DNA from: a virus
IMG/VR virus record: IMGVR_UViG_3300050343_000212
Reading direction: 5' to 3' (one strand)
Length of the DNA: 64,000 nucleotides
In this document: one piece after another, positions 27,234-38,034 of the stretch
Layout: the number at the start of each line of letters is the position of its first letter
Position numbering within the stretch: the stretch's first letter is position 1
Program-made: the position numbers and the translations under genes
The notes under the pieces: generated by a model
Databases searched by the model: none
What the model was told of the DNA's origin: nothing
The model's input: the letters and a program-made list of their open reading frames with translations, nothing else

Positions 27234-28963
27234 GGTGTTTCCACTGAAGTACCTTGTATCATACGGCTAAAACCTTTATCTTTAGAGAAGGATATGACAC
27301 TTTCAAATTTGTCCTCAAGACCCCCCTTGTGAGATATGACAAAGATGTTAGCATCCTTGATTACGAACCTGATGATCTTTAGAAATTCGTCTGTACCAAA
27401 TCCATCTAGTGAACTGTCGAAGACCTCATCCATGATGAGGAGATTTGTGTTTACTGAATTCTTAAACCTAGCGACTTCCCTCCAAGTAAACAAGAGGGCT
27501 AGGTCTATCCTCATTTTTTCTCCTTCAGAAAAAGAAGAGTAGGTAAAGTCTTCATGAATAGGCGTCTCGATAGTTTCTGAAAACTCCTCATTCAACTTAA
27601 AGTTGATGTAGAAATCCATCATCTGCAGATACTTATTGACCTGTTGATTTATCAGAGGGAGATACTTCTTGATGATTTGAGATTTTACCCCACCGTCTTT
27701 AAGAAGACTATAAGTGAAGTCGTGGTAAGAAATACTCTCCTTTACCTCAACAAGTTTTTCGTATGTTGCCTGAAGACTGTCTCTAAACTCTTCTAGTTTC
27801 TCATGTTCAGAATTTCTGTTTGAAATTTGATTGGTAAGTGTTTGAATTTCCGATTCCAGTTGTCTGATTTGTTTTTGACAACTAGTGATTTGAGTGTTAT
27901 TAGAAGTGACGCCATTAATTAGTTTAGAGATTTCTCCGCTGATATTTGTGAAATTGGACTCCCTCAACTCTTCGTCTTTAATTGCCCCCAGGAGTTGTTC
28001 ATACCCCTTTTGCAATTCTTTGGCTTTATCTTGAGAAGTCCTAATCTTATTTATTCTGAACCCCTCTTCGATTGTTTGTTCACATGTAGGGCATACCGAA
28101 TTGTCGTTAAAAAACTTATGATCCTTAACCAATGTTGAAATCTTTTGGGACAACTTACCTTTAATGTTTCCATATTCCTTAAGTTTTTCTTTATGATCAC
28201 CAAAGTTTTGGAGTTCACTCTGAAGTTTTTGGACACTAAAGGTCAAATCAATATTTCTATTTGTGTAGTTATTCTCTTCTACAAGAAGAGAACTAATCTT
28301 ATGTCCCTTGTGTCTAATATCTTCCTGACTCTTTTCTTCAATTTGTCTAATAAAGTCCTTTTGCATATCAACTTTATCTTTAAGAGATTGTCTCTTTAAT
28401 TCAAATGTTCTAGCTTGTTCTTTCAGACCACGAATCTTCTCCTTTATAATCATATTCATGGAGGAGAAGATCTTGATGTCTAAGAGTTCCTCTACGACCT
28501 CTCTGCGACTTGTGGAAGGGAGTTGCATGAAAGGAACGAAGGAACTACTACCCAAGATAACAATTTGAGTAAATGACTTGTAATTCATCTTCAGAACATT
28601 CTGTTCCAACCACTTCTGTTGATCATTAGCAGAGTGATCTTGATCTAAAGTTTCACCATCTTTATAGATCTTAAAGATATTTGGTTTAATACCTCTTACA
28701 ACTTTCCACTGTGTAGAATTGACATCAAACTCAATCTCAACCAATGTACCTTTTTCATTGGTGGTATTGATAAGTTGTGCCTTATTGATTTTACGAAATG
28801 CCTTACCATATAAGACAAAGGTTAGAGCATCCAGAACAGTAGACTTACCAGCTCCATTAGAACCAATGACCAAAGTGGTATTGTGAGTATTCAGATTTAA
28901 TGTTGTGGGTTGATTTCCTGTACTCAGAAAATTCTTCCAGGAGATAGTTTTAAAGGTAATCAC
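27230..28963 (-). CDS. gp46: Recombination nuclease ATPase subunit gp46 (Rad50/SbcC-like)
   Basis: WKNFLSTGN, GSNGAGKS, CPTC hook, FSEGEKMRID, LIMDEVFD. Confidence 0.97.
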   Translation of the reverse strand: MITFKTISWKNFLSTGNQPTTLNLNTHNTTLVIGSNGAGKSTVLDALTFVLYGKAFRKINKAQLINTTNEKGTLVEIEFDVNSTQWKVVRGIKPNIFKIYKDGETLDQDHSANDQQKWLEQNVLKMNYKSFTQIVILGSSSFVPFMQLPSTSRREVVEELLDIKIFSSMNMIIKEKIRGLKEQARTFELKRQSLKDKVDMQKDFIRQIEEKSQEDIRHKGHKISSLLVEENNYTNRNIDLTFSVQKLQSELQNFGDHKEKLKEYGNIKGKLSQKISTLVKDHKFFNDNSVCPTCEQTIEEGFRINKIRTSQDKAKELQKGYEQLLGAIKDEELRESNFTNISGEISKLINGVTSNNTQITSCQKQIRQLESEIQTLTNQISNRNSEHEKLEEFRDSLQATYEKLVEVKESISYHDFTYSLLKDGGVKSQIIKKYLPLINQQVNKYLQMMDFYINFKLNEEFSETIETPIHEDFTYSSFSEGEKMRIDLALLFTWREVARFKNSVNTNLLIMDEVFDSSLDGFGTDEFLKIIRFVIKDANIFVISHKGGLEDKFESVISFSKDKGFSRMIQGTSVETP

Positions 28964-29225
28964 GCGCGTTGTCAGGAGGAATTACAATGTCATTGGGTGT
29001 TATAATCGTATATCTGTGATCATGCAGTTCACAGGTTTTAACCATTATCTCGTCTTCTATTTCTAACACATGCATCTTAGGATAGTCAAGCTCTTTTAGT
29101 TGCAGGGAATATCTGGTAGCATCATCTTCTTCTTGAAAGATGTAGAGTACTTGTTCTCCATCATCATCAACTACAGAATATGCTCCATCTTTTTCATGAC
29201 CTGCTACCGTAAGAATAAACATCAC
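28950..29225 (-). CDS. Hypothetical protein between gp47 and gp46
   Basis: 91-aa ORF overlapping both neighbours. Confidence 0.7.
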   Translation of the reverse strand: MMFILTVAGHEKDGAYSVVDDDGEQVLYIFQEEDDATRYSLQLKELDYPKMHVLEIEDEIMVKTCELHDHRYTIITPNDIVIPPDNARDYL

Positions 29226-30277
29226 ACCAGTTCACATGCTTCCTGATACACGTCCCTAATTACTTTTTGAATTTTAGATTTATCGAGACTTGACTCAGAC
29301 TCCTCAATATATCTATTAAGAATAGAGAGAGTATCTTCTGTATCAATTCCTTCAACATTATCTTTATCATTATACCACCCACCAAACTCAAAGTTCTCAA
29401 CGATCTTTAGGTCTGCTACACCAGAGGTATACAGTTTATCAATAAATTTTTCAAACTGTTTAACATCAGTCTTCTGTTTGACAATCACCTTTACAATCTT
29501 ATTTGTATATGGAGTTGTATCAAACATCTGATAGTTGGTATCATCATAATAAATGTTATGAAATAACTGATATGGATTATTTACATACGTGTGTTCAAGA
29601 GTTTCCACATCCAGTATCGTAAATCCACGATCATCTCCGACATCCGTCCAGAACATCTCGTAAGGATTCCCAACGTAGTAGACTGTTCCGTCATCTGATC
29701 GAGTATGGTAGTGCCCCGTGAAGACCTTGGAGAACTTTGAATATAACTCGCTCTCATTACCATGGTCCATGACGATCTGTCGATTAACTCTAAATCCGTT
29801 GAGCTCAAGGTGCCCCATCGCGAACGAGCAATTTGTCTTTTTAATAAGGTTATAAGTTTCTTTTTCATTTTCCTCACAAATCCAGGGTATGAACAGAACA
29901 TCTAATCCATCAATATTGACTTCAGTAGCTTTAGAGTATTTTATTATATTGTCATACTCAGTGAGAAGAAGTTCAATAGAATTGATTTTATTACTATTCT
30001 TGTAGTAAGCATCATGATTTCCCACAATCAGGTGCATCTTTGCTCCCATATCTTTGAGAGGGTCAAATACTACCCTTTTTGCCCACTGGAGGGTTTGAAA
30101 CTCGATTCCCCTACGACTATCAAAAGCATCCCCAAGGTGGAGAACGGTGTCAATACCCTCTTTCTTTAGGGTAGGGAAGAATACATCACGATAGAATTTT
30201 TCAAAGTAATCATGAAAGAGTTTAGAACCCTTTCTTGCACCGTAATGGGTATCAGTGATTACTGCTACTTTTGTCAT
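29222..30277 (-). CDS. gp47: Recombination nuclease subunit gp47 (Mre11/SbcD-like)
   Basis: ITDTHYG, HLGD, GNHD, GHYH. Confidence 0.97.
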   Translation of the reverse strand: MTKVAVITDTHYGARKGSKLFHDYFEKFYRDVFFPTLKKEGIDTVLHLGDAFDSRRGIEFQTLQWAKRVVFDPLKDMGAKMHLIVGNHDAYYKNSNKINSIELLLTEYDNIIKYSKATEVNIDGLDVLFIPWICEENEKETYNLIKKTNCSFAMGHLELNGFRVNRQIVMDHGNESELYSKFSKVFTGHYHTRSDDGTVYYVGNPYEMFWTDVGDDRGFTILDVETLEHTYVNNPYQLFHNIYYDDTNYQMFDTTPYTNKIVKVIVKQKTDVKQFEKFIDKLYTSGVADLKIVENFEFGGWYNDKDNVEGIDTEDTLSILNRYIEESESSLDKSKIQKVIRDVYQEACELV

Positions 30278-30780
30278 TGATTACGAAGTTTAATGTGGAC
30301 TGCGTCCTTGATGGAATTGTAGTCGGAATAGTTGCCGCTGTCAAGCTCGTTGGCATCAAAGACCTCATCGAAGTTAGTCTTCTCTAAAATCTTGTTCTTA
30401 ATCTCCAGTTGTTTCTTCTCTTGTTGAATCCTTCTCAGAAATGCATAATAGATGATTTGAGTAAAATAAGCAAATGGGTTCTTGGATTTCTCAGGATTAA
30501 AGTTATGAACGTATCTTACACAGTTTTCGATACCATCACAAATCATATCATCCTTGAACATATAGTTCACGAAGTTTGGTTTATATGATAGATGATTAGC
30601 AATTTTCAAGAAACACTCACCAATATACCTAGGAATCCTAGGTTTGGGTTTGTCATTGAGTTTAGCTCGTTCAACCTCTGCAAAGTAGTTCTCCAGTGCA
30701 TTGAGAAACTCTTTGTTATTTACATAGTGTTCAGATTTCTTAGGTCTTGCCATAGTTCCATAATTGTGATTGACAGCCAT
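30274..30780 (-). CDS. gp55: Late sigma factor gp55
   Basis: HYVNNKEF, YIGECFLKIA, DDMICDGIENC, NPFAYFTQI. Confidence 0.96.
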   Translation of the reverse strand: MAVNHNYGTMARPKKSEHYVNNKEFLNALENYFAEVERAKLNDKPKPRIPRYIGECFLKIANHLSYKPNFVNYMFKDDMICDGIENCVRYVHNFNPEKSKNPFAYFTQIIYYAFLRRIQQEKKQLEIKNKILEKTNFDEVFDANELDSGNYSDYNSIKDAVHIKLRNQ

Positions 30781-30803
30781 AAACTATAATTATTACTCAT
30801 ATT

Positions 30804-30854
30804 ATTATATCACTTTCATAAGTAGTTGACAATACCTTGAATTAACAATAGAAT
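30804..30854. promoter_or_regulatory. Back-to-back sigma70-like promoters with overlapping -35 boxes
   Basis: Minus: TTGTCA-17-TATAAT toward gp55; plus: TTGACA(30826)-17-TAGAAT(30849). Confidence 0.7.
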
Positions 30855-30880
30855 AGGTTTGTCCAGGATGAAAGGGAACC

Positions 30881-31282
30881 TTAGCTTTTATTATAGAGTT
30901 TCTCTAGAACCTCTTTAGCTTCATGTACTGTAGACAAAAATCCCATCTTTCTATCTAGTTTTATATTATTCGTTTTATTAAGTTTACGAACATATTCTTG
31001 ATAATATACAATCATCTCAATACTATCTGATTCAGACATAGTAATGACCTGATCCATATTTATAATGAACATATCATCACTAGCGGTTTTCAACCAAGGT
31101 TCCATTTTGTAACCTTGAAACTTACCCCTATGGGTAATTTCTTCAACAACAATAGGATTGGAAAGAAGTAACAGTGTCCTATCATCTTCTTCCATAGCAG
31201 CTACTTTAGTAAATATTTCGTCACCAGATCTTAGTTTGATTGTAGCATAAAAATCATCTTGTATCTCCATGTCCATAGACAC
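30881..31282 (-). CDS. Hypothetical protein (Sm-like fold suspected)
   Basis: FYATIKLRSGDEIF...EPWLK. Confidence 0.75.
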   Translation of the reverse strand: MSMDMEIQDDFYATIKLRSGDEIFTKVAAMEEDDRTLLLLSNPIVVEEITHRGKFQGYKMEPWLKTASDDMFIINMDQVITMSESDSIEMIVYYQEYVRKLNKTNNIKLDRKMGFLSTVHEAKEVLEKLYNKS

Positions 31283-31291
31283 TCTCCTTTT

Positions 31292-32756
31292 CTAATCTTT
31301 TAAAATTATTGATATAATTTCATAATTGAATTGTTCTTGAACATATATTTTCACTCTTTCAATAAAATGATTCAAAGTATAGTTCTTCCTTGACCCCATA
31401 GTTGCATCATCTGCAATATCATAGAGTTTAGCTTTCACTTTATCTTTGCCTTTTCTTAGGACTCTACCAATAGACTGTAAGTTCCGAATACGAGACTTTG
31501 ATGGAGAGGCAAATATTACGTTGTGAAGGTTTTTGATGTTAATCCCTGTACTGAAAGTTCCGAAGGAGGCAACGATGATAGCGTCTTTCTCTTCCTCTGT
31601 AATCTTTCTAACTTGTTCTCTGGATTCTGCATCCACACCACCATGGATGAAGAAGACCTTTCTACCGGCTGATACCTTGTTATTTATTAGGTCATAGAGT
31701 ATGGCACCATGTGTCTCAACTCTTGTATAAAGAACCAAGGTGTTACCCTTCAAATCAACTGACAGATTTGATATGAATTTGTTTCTGTTCTCATGAGATA
31801 TGAGATACTTGATTTCATCCTCATATGTATCAAACTTTTGAGGACGGTGTTTTAAAACAAGACACTGAATATCAAGTTTAGCTAGATGACCTTCATCAAT
31901 TAGCTTCTTAGTTCCTGTTACTTTGTATGACGGACCAAACAGTCCCTCTAAGACCCACTTATGGGTCTGTGTCCCGTCTAAAGTACCAGTAAACCCATAT
32001 CTATACTTAGCATGGTGGCACTTGTCCATAATCCCTATAAGTGACTTACTCTTAAACAGATGAGCTTCGTCACCAATAATAACATCGTACTCCTCAAAGA
32101 ATGATCTATCCAGTTGATAAACTGACTGCCAGGTAGTTATGGTTACTTCATTGGTGTTGACCCTCTCACGACCTGCATAGATTCTGTGACAGTGATTTTC
32201 AGCATCCCACCCATAGTCCTGGAAATCTTTAAACATCTGTTCCACTAGTGATGTGGTGGGGACCACGAGTAGAACCTTTCTCTTCAAACCAACATGAAAT
32301 CTTACTACAGAGTAAATCATAAATGACTTACCTGATGCAGTTGGGCTAATCAATAACTTCCGATTATATCTCAGAGCATCATGAACAGCGTCTATTTGAT
32401 AGTCTCTTGGTTTCAATGAGTGCAATAGATGCCATAAAATCTTTGACACCTTCTTTGCAGATCATTTCATTGACCTCAAAGGGAAGTCCGTAGAATTTAT
32501 TATTTACAAATTCAAAACTATATTCAGACTTTTCACAGAATGCAATAACTTTATCAAGAAGTCCCACATAGATTCTCTTTGTTCTGGTATCGAACAAATG
32601 AATTTCTCCGTTCCAATGCCTCCGTCTATACTGAGGCATGAACTTTACGTTGGGAACTTCAAAGGTAAATCTATCTCTAAGTTCGTATTCAATATGTGGT
32701 TCCGTAGAGATTCTAAGATAAACTTCATTTACCTTCTCTATGGTCAAATCAGCCAT
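31292..32756 (-). CDS. uvsW: SF2 helicase UvsW (frameshift ~32420)
   Basis: PRDYQ, SPTASGKS, GDEAH, GFTGT, QSIGRVLR. Confidence 0.96.
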
Positions 32757-32783
32757 ACTTATATGGTCACCTATAAGTATTTA

Positions 32784-32984
32784 TTAGCTATTCTGAAAAG
32801 AATAATCCAACATCATTCTTTGAAATTGATCTCTTAAAAGCCACATATGTTCTTGTTCTTCAGCTGGTCTAGCAGGAGAACCAGGCCATGTCCTGATTGT
32901 CTCAGCAATGCAGTGATGCATTAGACGCACATCATCTATAGAGACGTGCATCGTATAATCAAACTGTTCTTGTTCCTCGTCCAA
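32784..32984 (-). CDS. Small hypothetical protein
   Basis: 66-aa ORF. Confidence 0.6.
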   Translation of the reverse strand: MDEEQEQFDYTMHVSIDDVRLMHHCIAETIRTWPGSPARPAEEQEHMWLLRDQFQRMMLDYSFQNS

Positions 32985-33011
32985 TGATTTGAGAATGGGG
33001 GATAATTTTAT

Positions 33012-33452
33012 TTATCCCATACCAGAAGAGAATCTCATAAAATCTATACTATTTTTAATTTGATATGTTCTATTAGTAACTTGTTTTAGTATTTCTTCAA
33101 TGTATTTCAACATTGTATCGTAATACTCAATCTTTAATGAAATTCCTGCTAGTTTCTCATCTGCGTCAAGGTATTTTTGCATAGTATCTTTATCTCTAAT
33201 CTTCTTAGGAAATGGATTATCGATGTAAACTTGAGGATCTGCCTTTCCTGCAAAGTACTCATACCGTTCATGACGGATATTCTTTCTTTGTTGTTCTGCT
33301 TTCTTTCTCAAAAGAATCAGATTATTGTATAGATCATAATATTTCGCATGTAATACGGGAATATTCAATGACTCAGTGTGTAGATTATCAGGATCAATCT
33401 TTGAATCCTCTTCCCACATTTTCTGAATCGTAGGTAAATCAATCATTAGCAA
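33012..33452 (-). CDS. uvsY: Recombination mediator UvsY
   Basis: WEEDSKID...LHAKY...YLDAD...R.YQIKN.ID; position between gp3 and uvsW. Confidence 0.88.
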   Translation of the reverse strand: MLMIDLPTIQKMWEEDSKIDPDNLHTESLNIPVLHAKYYDLYNNLILLRKKAEQQRKNIRHERYEYFAGKADPQVYIDNPFPKKIRDKDTMQKYLDADEKLAGISLKIEYYDTMLKYIEEILKQVTNRTYQIKNSIDFMRFSSGMG

Positions 33453-34021
33453 CAGGACCCGCCACCGGGTGTAATATTGTATATAAGGTATTTAAAACCA
33501 ACTCTAGCCTGTAGATACTCAACATCTCCTACTTGAGAATTAAATTCTAGAGGACTTAGATAGTATGGGAACATGTCTTTAAATTTTACATTAAAGGCTG
33601 GTTCTTGTTGATTGTTGTTGATGACAAGAGTTGCATCTGAATAAACATCCAAACCAACTGTACCCATACCTTCGTCTTGAAGATTGTAAATTTGCTCAAG
33701 AGATTCAGGAAAACCTAATCCTCTCATCCACTTATCAATCTCAAGATAATTTTGAAGATTCTCATCAACAAAGAATGTCAATTCTAGATCAGAAAAATCT
33801 AAGATCTCTCCAGGTCTAGAAACAGTCTTGAGATAATTAGTTTGATTTGTGACCCCCAGGGTCATACCTGGTACATTTATTATACTACCAAAGAATCCAA
33901 CTGTGGGAGTTCTTTCTATAGAAAATTGAAAACTATTTGGTATCAGGAAGTTTCTATTAGAAGGTTGACCTGAGGGAAGAGCTTTCTTAGTTTGATTTTG
34001 TGTTGGTCTTCTTGTCGCCAT
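33446..34021 (-). CDS. gp3: Tail completion/sheath terminator gp3
   Basis: NRNFLIPNSFQFSI, FFVDENLQNY, FKDMFP; GATAAATA upstream. Confidence 0.88.
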   Translation of the reverse strand: MATRRPTQNQTKKALPSGQPSNRNFLIPNSFQFSIERTPTVGFFGSIINVPGMTLGVTNQTNYLKTVSRPGEILDFSDLELTFFVDENLQNYLEIDKWMRGLGFPESLEQIYNLQDEGMGTVGLDVYSDATLVINNNQQEPAFNVKFKDMFPYYLSPLEFNSQVGDVEYLQARVGFKYLIYNITPGGGSCC

Positions 34022-34058
34022 CTATCGGCACTCTTTTTTAGTATTTATCAGTAGGCAT

Positions 34059-34083
34059 AAAAAAGACCCTAACCAGGGATCTT
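34059..34083 (-). terminator. Intrinsic terminator
   Basis: AAGATCCC-TGGTTA-GGGTCTT plus T-run. Confidence 0.65.
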
Positions 34084-34089
34084 ATAGTA

Positions 34090-34578
34090 TTATGAGATGA
34101 GTGTTAACGATGTATCTAAAACAGATCTCTGTTTCTTGTCAAGTTTCCTAACAAGTTCAAGAATCTCCTGTACTTGATTATAAGAATCTTGTTTTTTAAG
34201 TTTAGGAGTATCATCACTGATGAATGATGATGTGATTGGATATGATTTATCATTCAACATATTGTAAATCTGAACGGTTTTACCTCTCCATTGTGACGCA
34301 AGACAATTGCATCGATTTTTCACATATGCATCAATCTTGTCTTCAAGAGGCCAGTGACGCTTGTTGTGATTCTTTGGGAGATCATAAATTTCAAGAACTC
34401 TGTCTTTCAGTTCATCATAATCAACAATCGTCAAAAAATACTTAAATTGATTGGTGACTATCAGGTGGCCACATCCCCTATCGATACGATCCAATACCTT
34501 GCCGTCACCACCACTTTGATCAAACATGAATTGAAAATAGTTTCTTTTACCAGGTGTATCAATAACATGTTTTGTCAT
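34090..34578 (-). CDS. Hypothetical protein (162 aa from MTKHVID)
   Basis: 3' part of ORF 34090-34926; ATG right after the gp23 terminator. Confidence 0.6.
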   Translation of the reverse strand: MTKHVIDTPGKRNYFQFMFDQSGGDGKVLDRIDRGCGHLIVTNQFKYFLTIVDYDELKDRVLEIYDLPKNHNKRHWPLEDKIDAYVKNRCNCLASQWRGKTVQIYNMLNDKSYPITSSFISDDTPKLKKQDSYNQVQEILELVRKLDKKQRSVLDTSLTLIS

Positions 34579-34605
34579 AAAAAAAGACCCCCGTGAGGGA
34601 GGTCT
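34579..34605 (-). terminator. Intrinsic terminator after gp23
   Basis: AGACCTCC-CTCAC-GGGGGTCT plus 7 T in total. Confidence 0.85.
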
Positions 34606-34648
34606 GAATGGACATGTGGGGCAACCGCTTCCGCAGCAACCACTTGAA

Positions 34649-36053
34649 TCACATGAGGTTCTTAACTGTAACGCGACGGTAGTAGCGGTTCGAGTTAACT
34701 GTAAGAGCACCAGCTCCGACAGTTGTTCCTTCAGCGAAGGGATTAGCGACCATGCCGTAGCGAGTCTTAAATCCGATTTTGGGCTGGAAGGAGTTCTCTC
34801 CAACTGCACGAACCATCTGAAGAGGAACGTATGGGCAGTAGAATAGACCTGCGTCATAAGGGGAAGTACCCTTATAACCAACAACGTAGTACTGGTTAGC
34901 AGCACTGTTTGCCGAATATGGGTCAATGTAGACTCTGATACTTACCTTGAGGATACCAGCGAAGGTGTTACCAGTGTCATCAACGTTAAGGTTAGCGTTC
35001 AGTGCTGGAGTGTAATCCAGGACACCAGCCATGGTCAATGCAGAAGCAACGTCAGCAGAGCACATGATTACATGTTGCCCTTCCCGCGACGAGTTCTTTG
35101 TGCGATTGCGTTAGCATCACGCTCGATTTGGAACAGAAGTCCTTTGAACTTCTCAACAGACCAACGACCGTTGGAGTCAACGTCGAGGTCAAATTCACCA
35201 GCAGTTGCGGTGTTAGACAGCAGCACCAGTTCAGCAGTCTTGTAGATAGTTCTAATAACTTCTCTGTTGATTTCCGCAAGGATTTCAGTAGAGAGGATGT
35301 TAGCAAGTTCTGCTTCAGCGTTAAGACCGTGAATTGCCTTAAGGTCTTGTGCCAGTTCCAAGGAGTACTCTGCTTTCAGAGCTCTGGACTTGGCGGTAAC
35401 GGTGACTTTCTCGATCGAGAATGCCATCTGGTTGAAGTTATCACCAGTGCTTCCGAGATCTTCAGAATTCTGCAGTGGTCATACCCTGACCAACACATAC
35501 AGTCTGAGTAGCAGCGCAGAACCAACAGGGTTCAGTGCGCCGGGGTTAGAAGCCTACCTTGTGCGGTAGTACCCAAACCAACATTAGGTCGGTACCAGGG
35601 AAGTCAAATCCTTCGTTCTGACCAGAGAATGCGGTATCTACTTCGTCGTAGAATGCTTCGCTGCACCACCTTGAGTCTTGTACTTCGAACGCATCGCGAA
35701 GATGAGTCCAGTAGGACCAGACATTGGTTGAACGCCTGCGAGGTCATATGCGACCAAGTTGGGCATAGAGCGTCTGATCAAGGAGATCAGATACGGGGTC
35801 GAAACCAGCAACGGGTGATGCACCAGACCAGAGAAACCAGCATTGCCAGTTCCACCAGGGTCGGTGTTGACATTGGGGGTTGCTCAGTAAGCATTCCGCC
35901 GCTTTGAAATGCGGATTGCTCTCTAAGGAATTTTTCTTGGTTTTCTAACAGGACTGCGGTTACGGCTCTCTTGTGATTGTCTTTGATTGAATCAAGACCC
36001 TCATGATTGAGGAGAGGTGCCCACTTTTCCTGCAGATGTTCGGATTGGAACAT
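34649..36053 (-). CDS. gp23: Major capsid protein gp23 (many frameshifts)
   Basis: EKWAPLL, LISLIRRSMPNL, QPMSGPTGLIFAMR, KSRALKAEYSLELAQDLKAIHG, YCPYVPL, KTRYG, VKNLM*. Confidence 0.98.
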
Positions 36054-36108
36054 TTGCTTTTTACCTATGTGGTTAATTTACGGTTTGAATTAATATTAAA
36101 TTCAGTTG

Positions 36109-37246
36109 TTATTTAAGAGTTGATCCCAATGCTCTGATGTAAGCGTCCATAGAACCAGTAGATGGTGCTGTGGTTGCGTCTACACCCTCAGAAAGGGTTT
36201 CAGTCTTAGATTGTGTAGAAACTGTCTTCTGATTGAAATAAGATTCCTTCAGAGTTTCTAACTTCTCACGATATTGTGCTTCACTTTCAAACTCCACACT
36301 TTCGGAAAGTGAGGCGAGTTTCTCTTTCTGTGTCTGTGCAAGACCTTCAGAGACTTGATCAATACTCCTTCAGCAACCGACTCAGAGAGGCGGGAGTTTA
36401 GGGAAATATTCTTCTCAATTTGCTCGTTGAGTTTTGTTTCCATGTCATCAAGTTTTTCTACCATGCTCTCAAGTACATCATACTTATCTTCAGGGATTGT
36501 TACATAATGTTCTTCAAAAAGACCCTTCATTCCAGAAAGGAATGATTCAGTCATTTCGGTCTTGAGACCAGAGTCAACTGCGAGTTGATTCTCAGACATC
36601 CACTCGTCAGAGACATACTCAAGATAAGAATCAACACGCTCTGCGAGTGATTCTTTAGCAGAAGCAACTTCTTCTGCAAATTTCTCTGCGTATTGTGCTT
36701 CTAGTTGTTCTTTGATTTGAGCAACCTTAGAATTGATTGCTGCCTCAAAGATGGTGCGTGCTTTTCTTGGAATTCCTCGGAGAGTTCTTCACCAGCAAGG
36801 AGAGCATTAACGTCTTCTTCGACGTCATACTCAGCAACGACTTCTTCTTCAGTTACTTCTTCTTCAGAAACAACTTCTTCTGTAGTAGACTCTTCTTCAG
36901 AGACTACTTCATCAGTTGTGGTTTCTTCTGCTTCTGCAACTACTTCTTCTTCGTCACTAATTTCTTCTTCTTCCTTCATACCCTTTGGCATAGGATCTGC
37001 TGCCTTTGCACCTTTGTTTACAACGTCTTTAACTTGTTTGAGAGTTCCTCCAGGAGTCTTCAGCTTTGCTGAATCATCATCGACTTTGTAATTTTCTGGT
37101 GTAGGTCCACCCAAATCCTCATAAGTAGGTGGTGTGCCACCAGTAGTGAGTTTGGGCATAGGATCTGCTGTGCCAGCATTAGCATTGACAGCAGTTTTGG
37201 ATTGCTGTGTCTTTACTTCCATTTCTTGTAAATCTCCACGAGACAT
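36109..37246 (-). CDS. gp22: Prohead core scaffold gp22 (frameshifts ~36705, ~36300)
   Basis: Acidic coiled coil, EELSEEF, FEEHYVTIPEDK, KLETLKESYF; late promoter at 37286. Confidence 0.9.
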
Positions 37247-37296
37247 TTGAACTCTCCGTTATTGCCGGGTATTAAAAACTATATTTATTTATAAAA

Positions 37297-37950
37297 CTAA
37301 AGATTAGATAAGAAGTTATTCCATAACTCTAACTTATGTTCTTCCAGTATTTTCTGGTCAACGAGTGTATTTATTCTATTTTTTGTTTGTTGTGCATACT
37401 TCTCACGGAGAAGTCCACCATCCCAAACCCACTCTTTTCCTTCCATAATCCCTTCAACAAAGGCATCTGGGGCAGAAGGATCAGCAACGATATCAGCAGC
37501 AGTTGCTAACATAAAATCGTCACCAACAATATTGACACCTTCACGGGTGGTCTTTAAAGAACCAATACCTCGAGAAGAAACACCAAGTTTTACTCCATCT
37601 TCTACTAAAGCAGAAGCAATCTTACCCATTGGGGTATTCAAAATCTTTGCTTTACCGATGAAATTTGAACCACTTTCTCTAAGTGATACAATTTTATGAG
37701 AAACTCTGTCGAGGTTTACAGTAGGACCATCAGGGTGTCCAAGTTCTCCAAGTGCTCTGCCTGACTGAACATTCGATTCATTATAACGAGAAACTTCCTT
37801 GCGGAGAGTTTCCATGGGATACATACGACCATTGCGGTTCTTGATGTTACCCTGAAGGAAAACTCCCTCAATATATAATGACTTCTTGCCAGACTTAGTA
37901 GTCTCAACTAGAAATTTTACTGATTCGATTTCTTCTCTAATAAGTTTCAT
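37297..37950 (-). CDS. gp21: Prohead protease gp21
   Basis: MKLIRE, YIEGVFLQ, NRNGRMYP, ALGELGHP, GVSSRG, DPSAPDA. Confidence 0.97.
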   Translation of the reverse strand: MKLIREEIESVKFLVETTKSGKKSLYIEGVFLQGNIKNRNGRMYPMETLRKEVSRYNESNVQSGRALGELGHPDGPTVNLDRVSHKIVSLRESGSNFIGKAKILNTPMGKIASALVEDGVKLGVSSRGIGSLKTTREGVNIVGDDFMLATAADIVADPSAPDAFVEGIMEGKEWVWDGGLLREKYAQQTKNRINTLVDQKILEEHKLELWNNFLSNL

Positions 37951-38008
37951 CGGCTCCAGCTGTAGTAGGGACAGCAATTTCAGTGCCAAATATCGATGCC
38001 TTAGCCAT
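37951..38008 (-). pseudogene. Remnant of a small late gene cut off at the gp21 start
   Basis: Late-like box and AGGG SD, then MAKASIFGTEIAVPTTAGA running directly into the gp21 ATG in another frame. Confidence 0.45.
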
Positions 38009-38034
38009 TAGTAATCCCTAGTGTATGGTTTTAT

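Noticed and set aside
34620-34651. SECIS-like hairpin after the gp23 UGA
   Set aside because: The spacing is compatible, but in-frame readthrough gives an unremarkable 29-aa tail, the UGA is at the normal end of gp23, and no Sec machinery is visible.
34654-34926. N-terminal 91 aa of ORF 34090-34926 as a real overlapping gene inside gp23
   Set aside because: It is an alternative-frame read of conserved capsid codons with no SD; only the Cys segment after the stop is kept as a finding.
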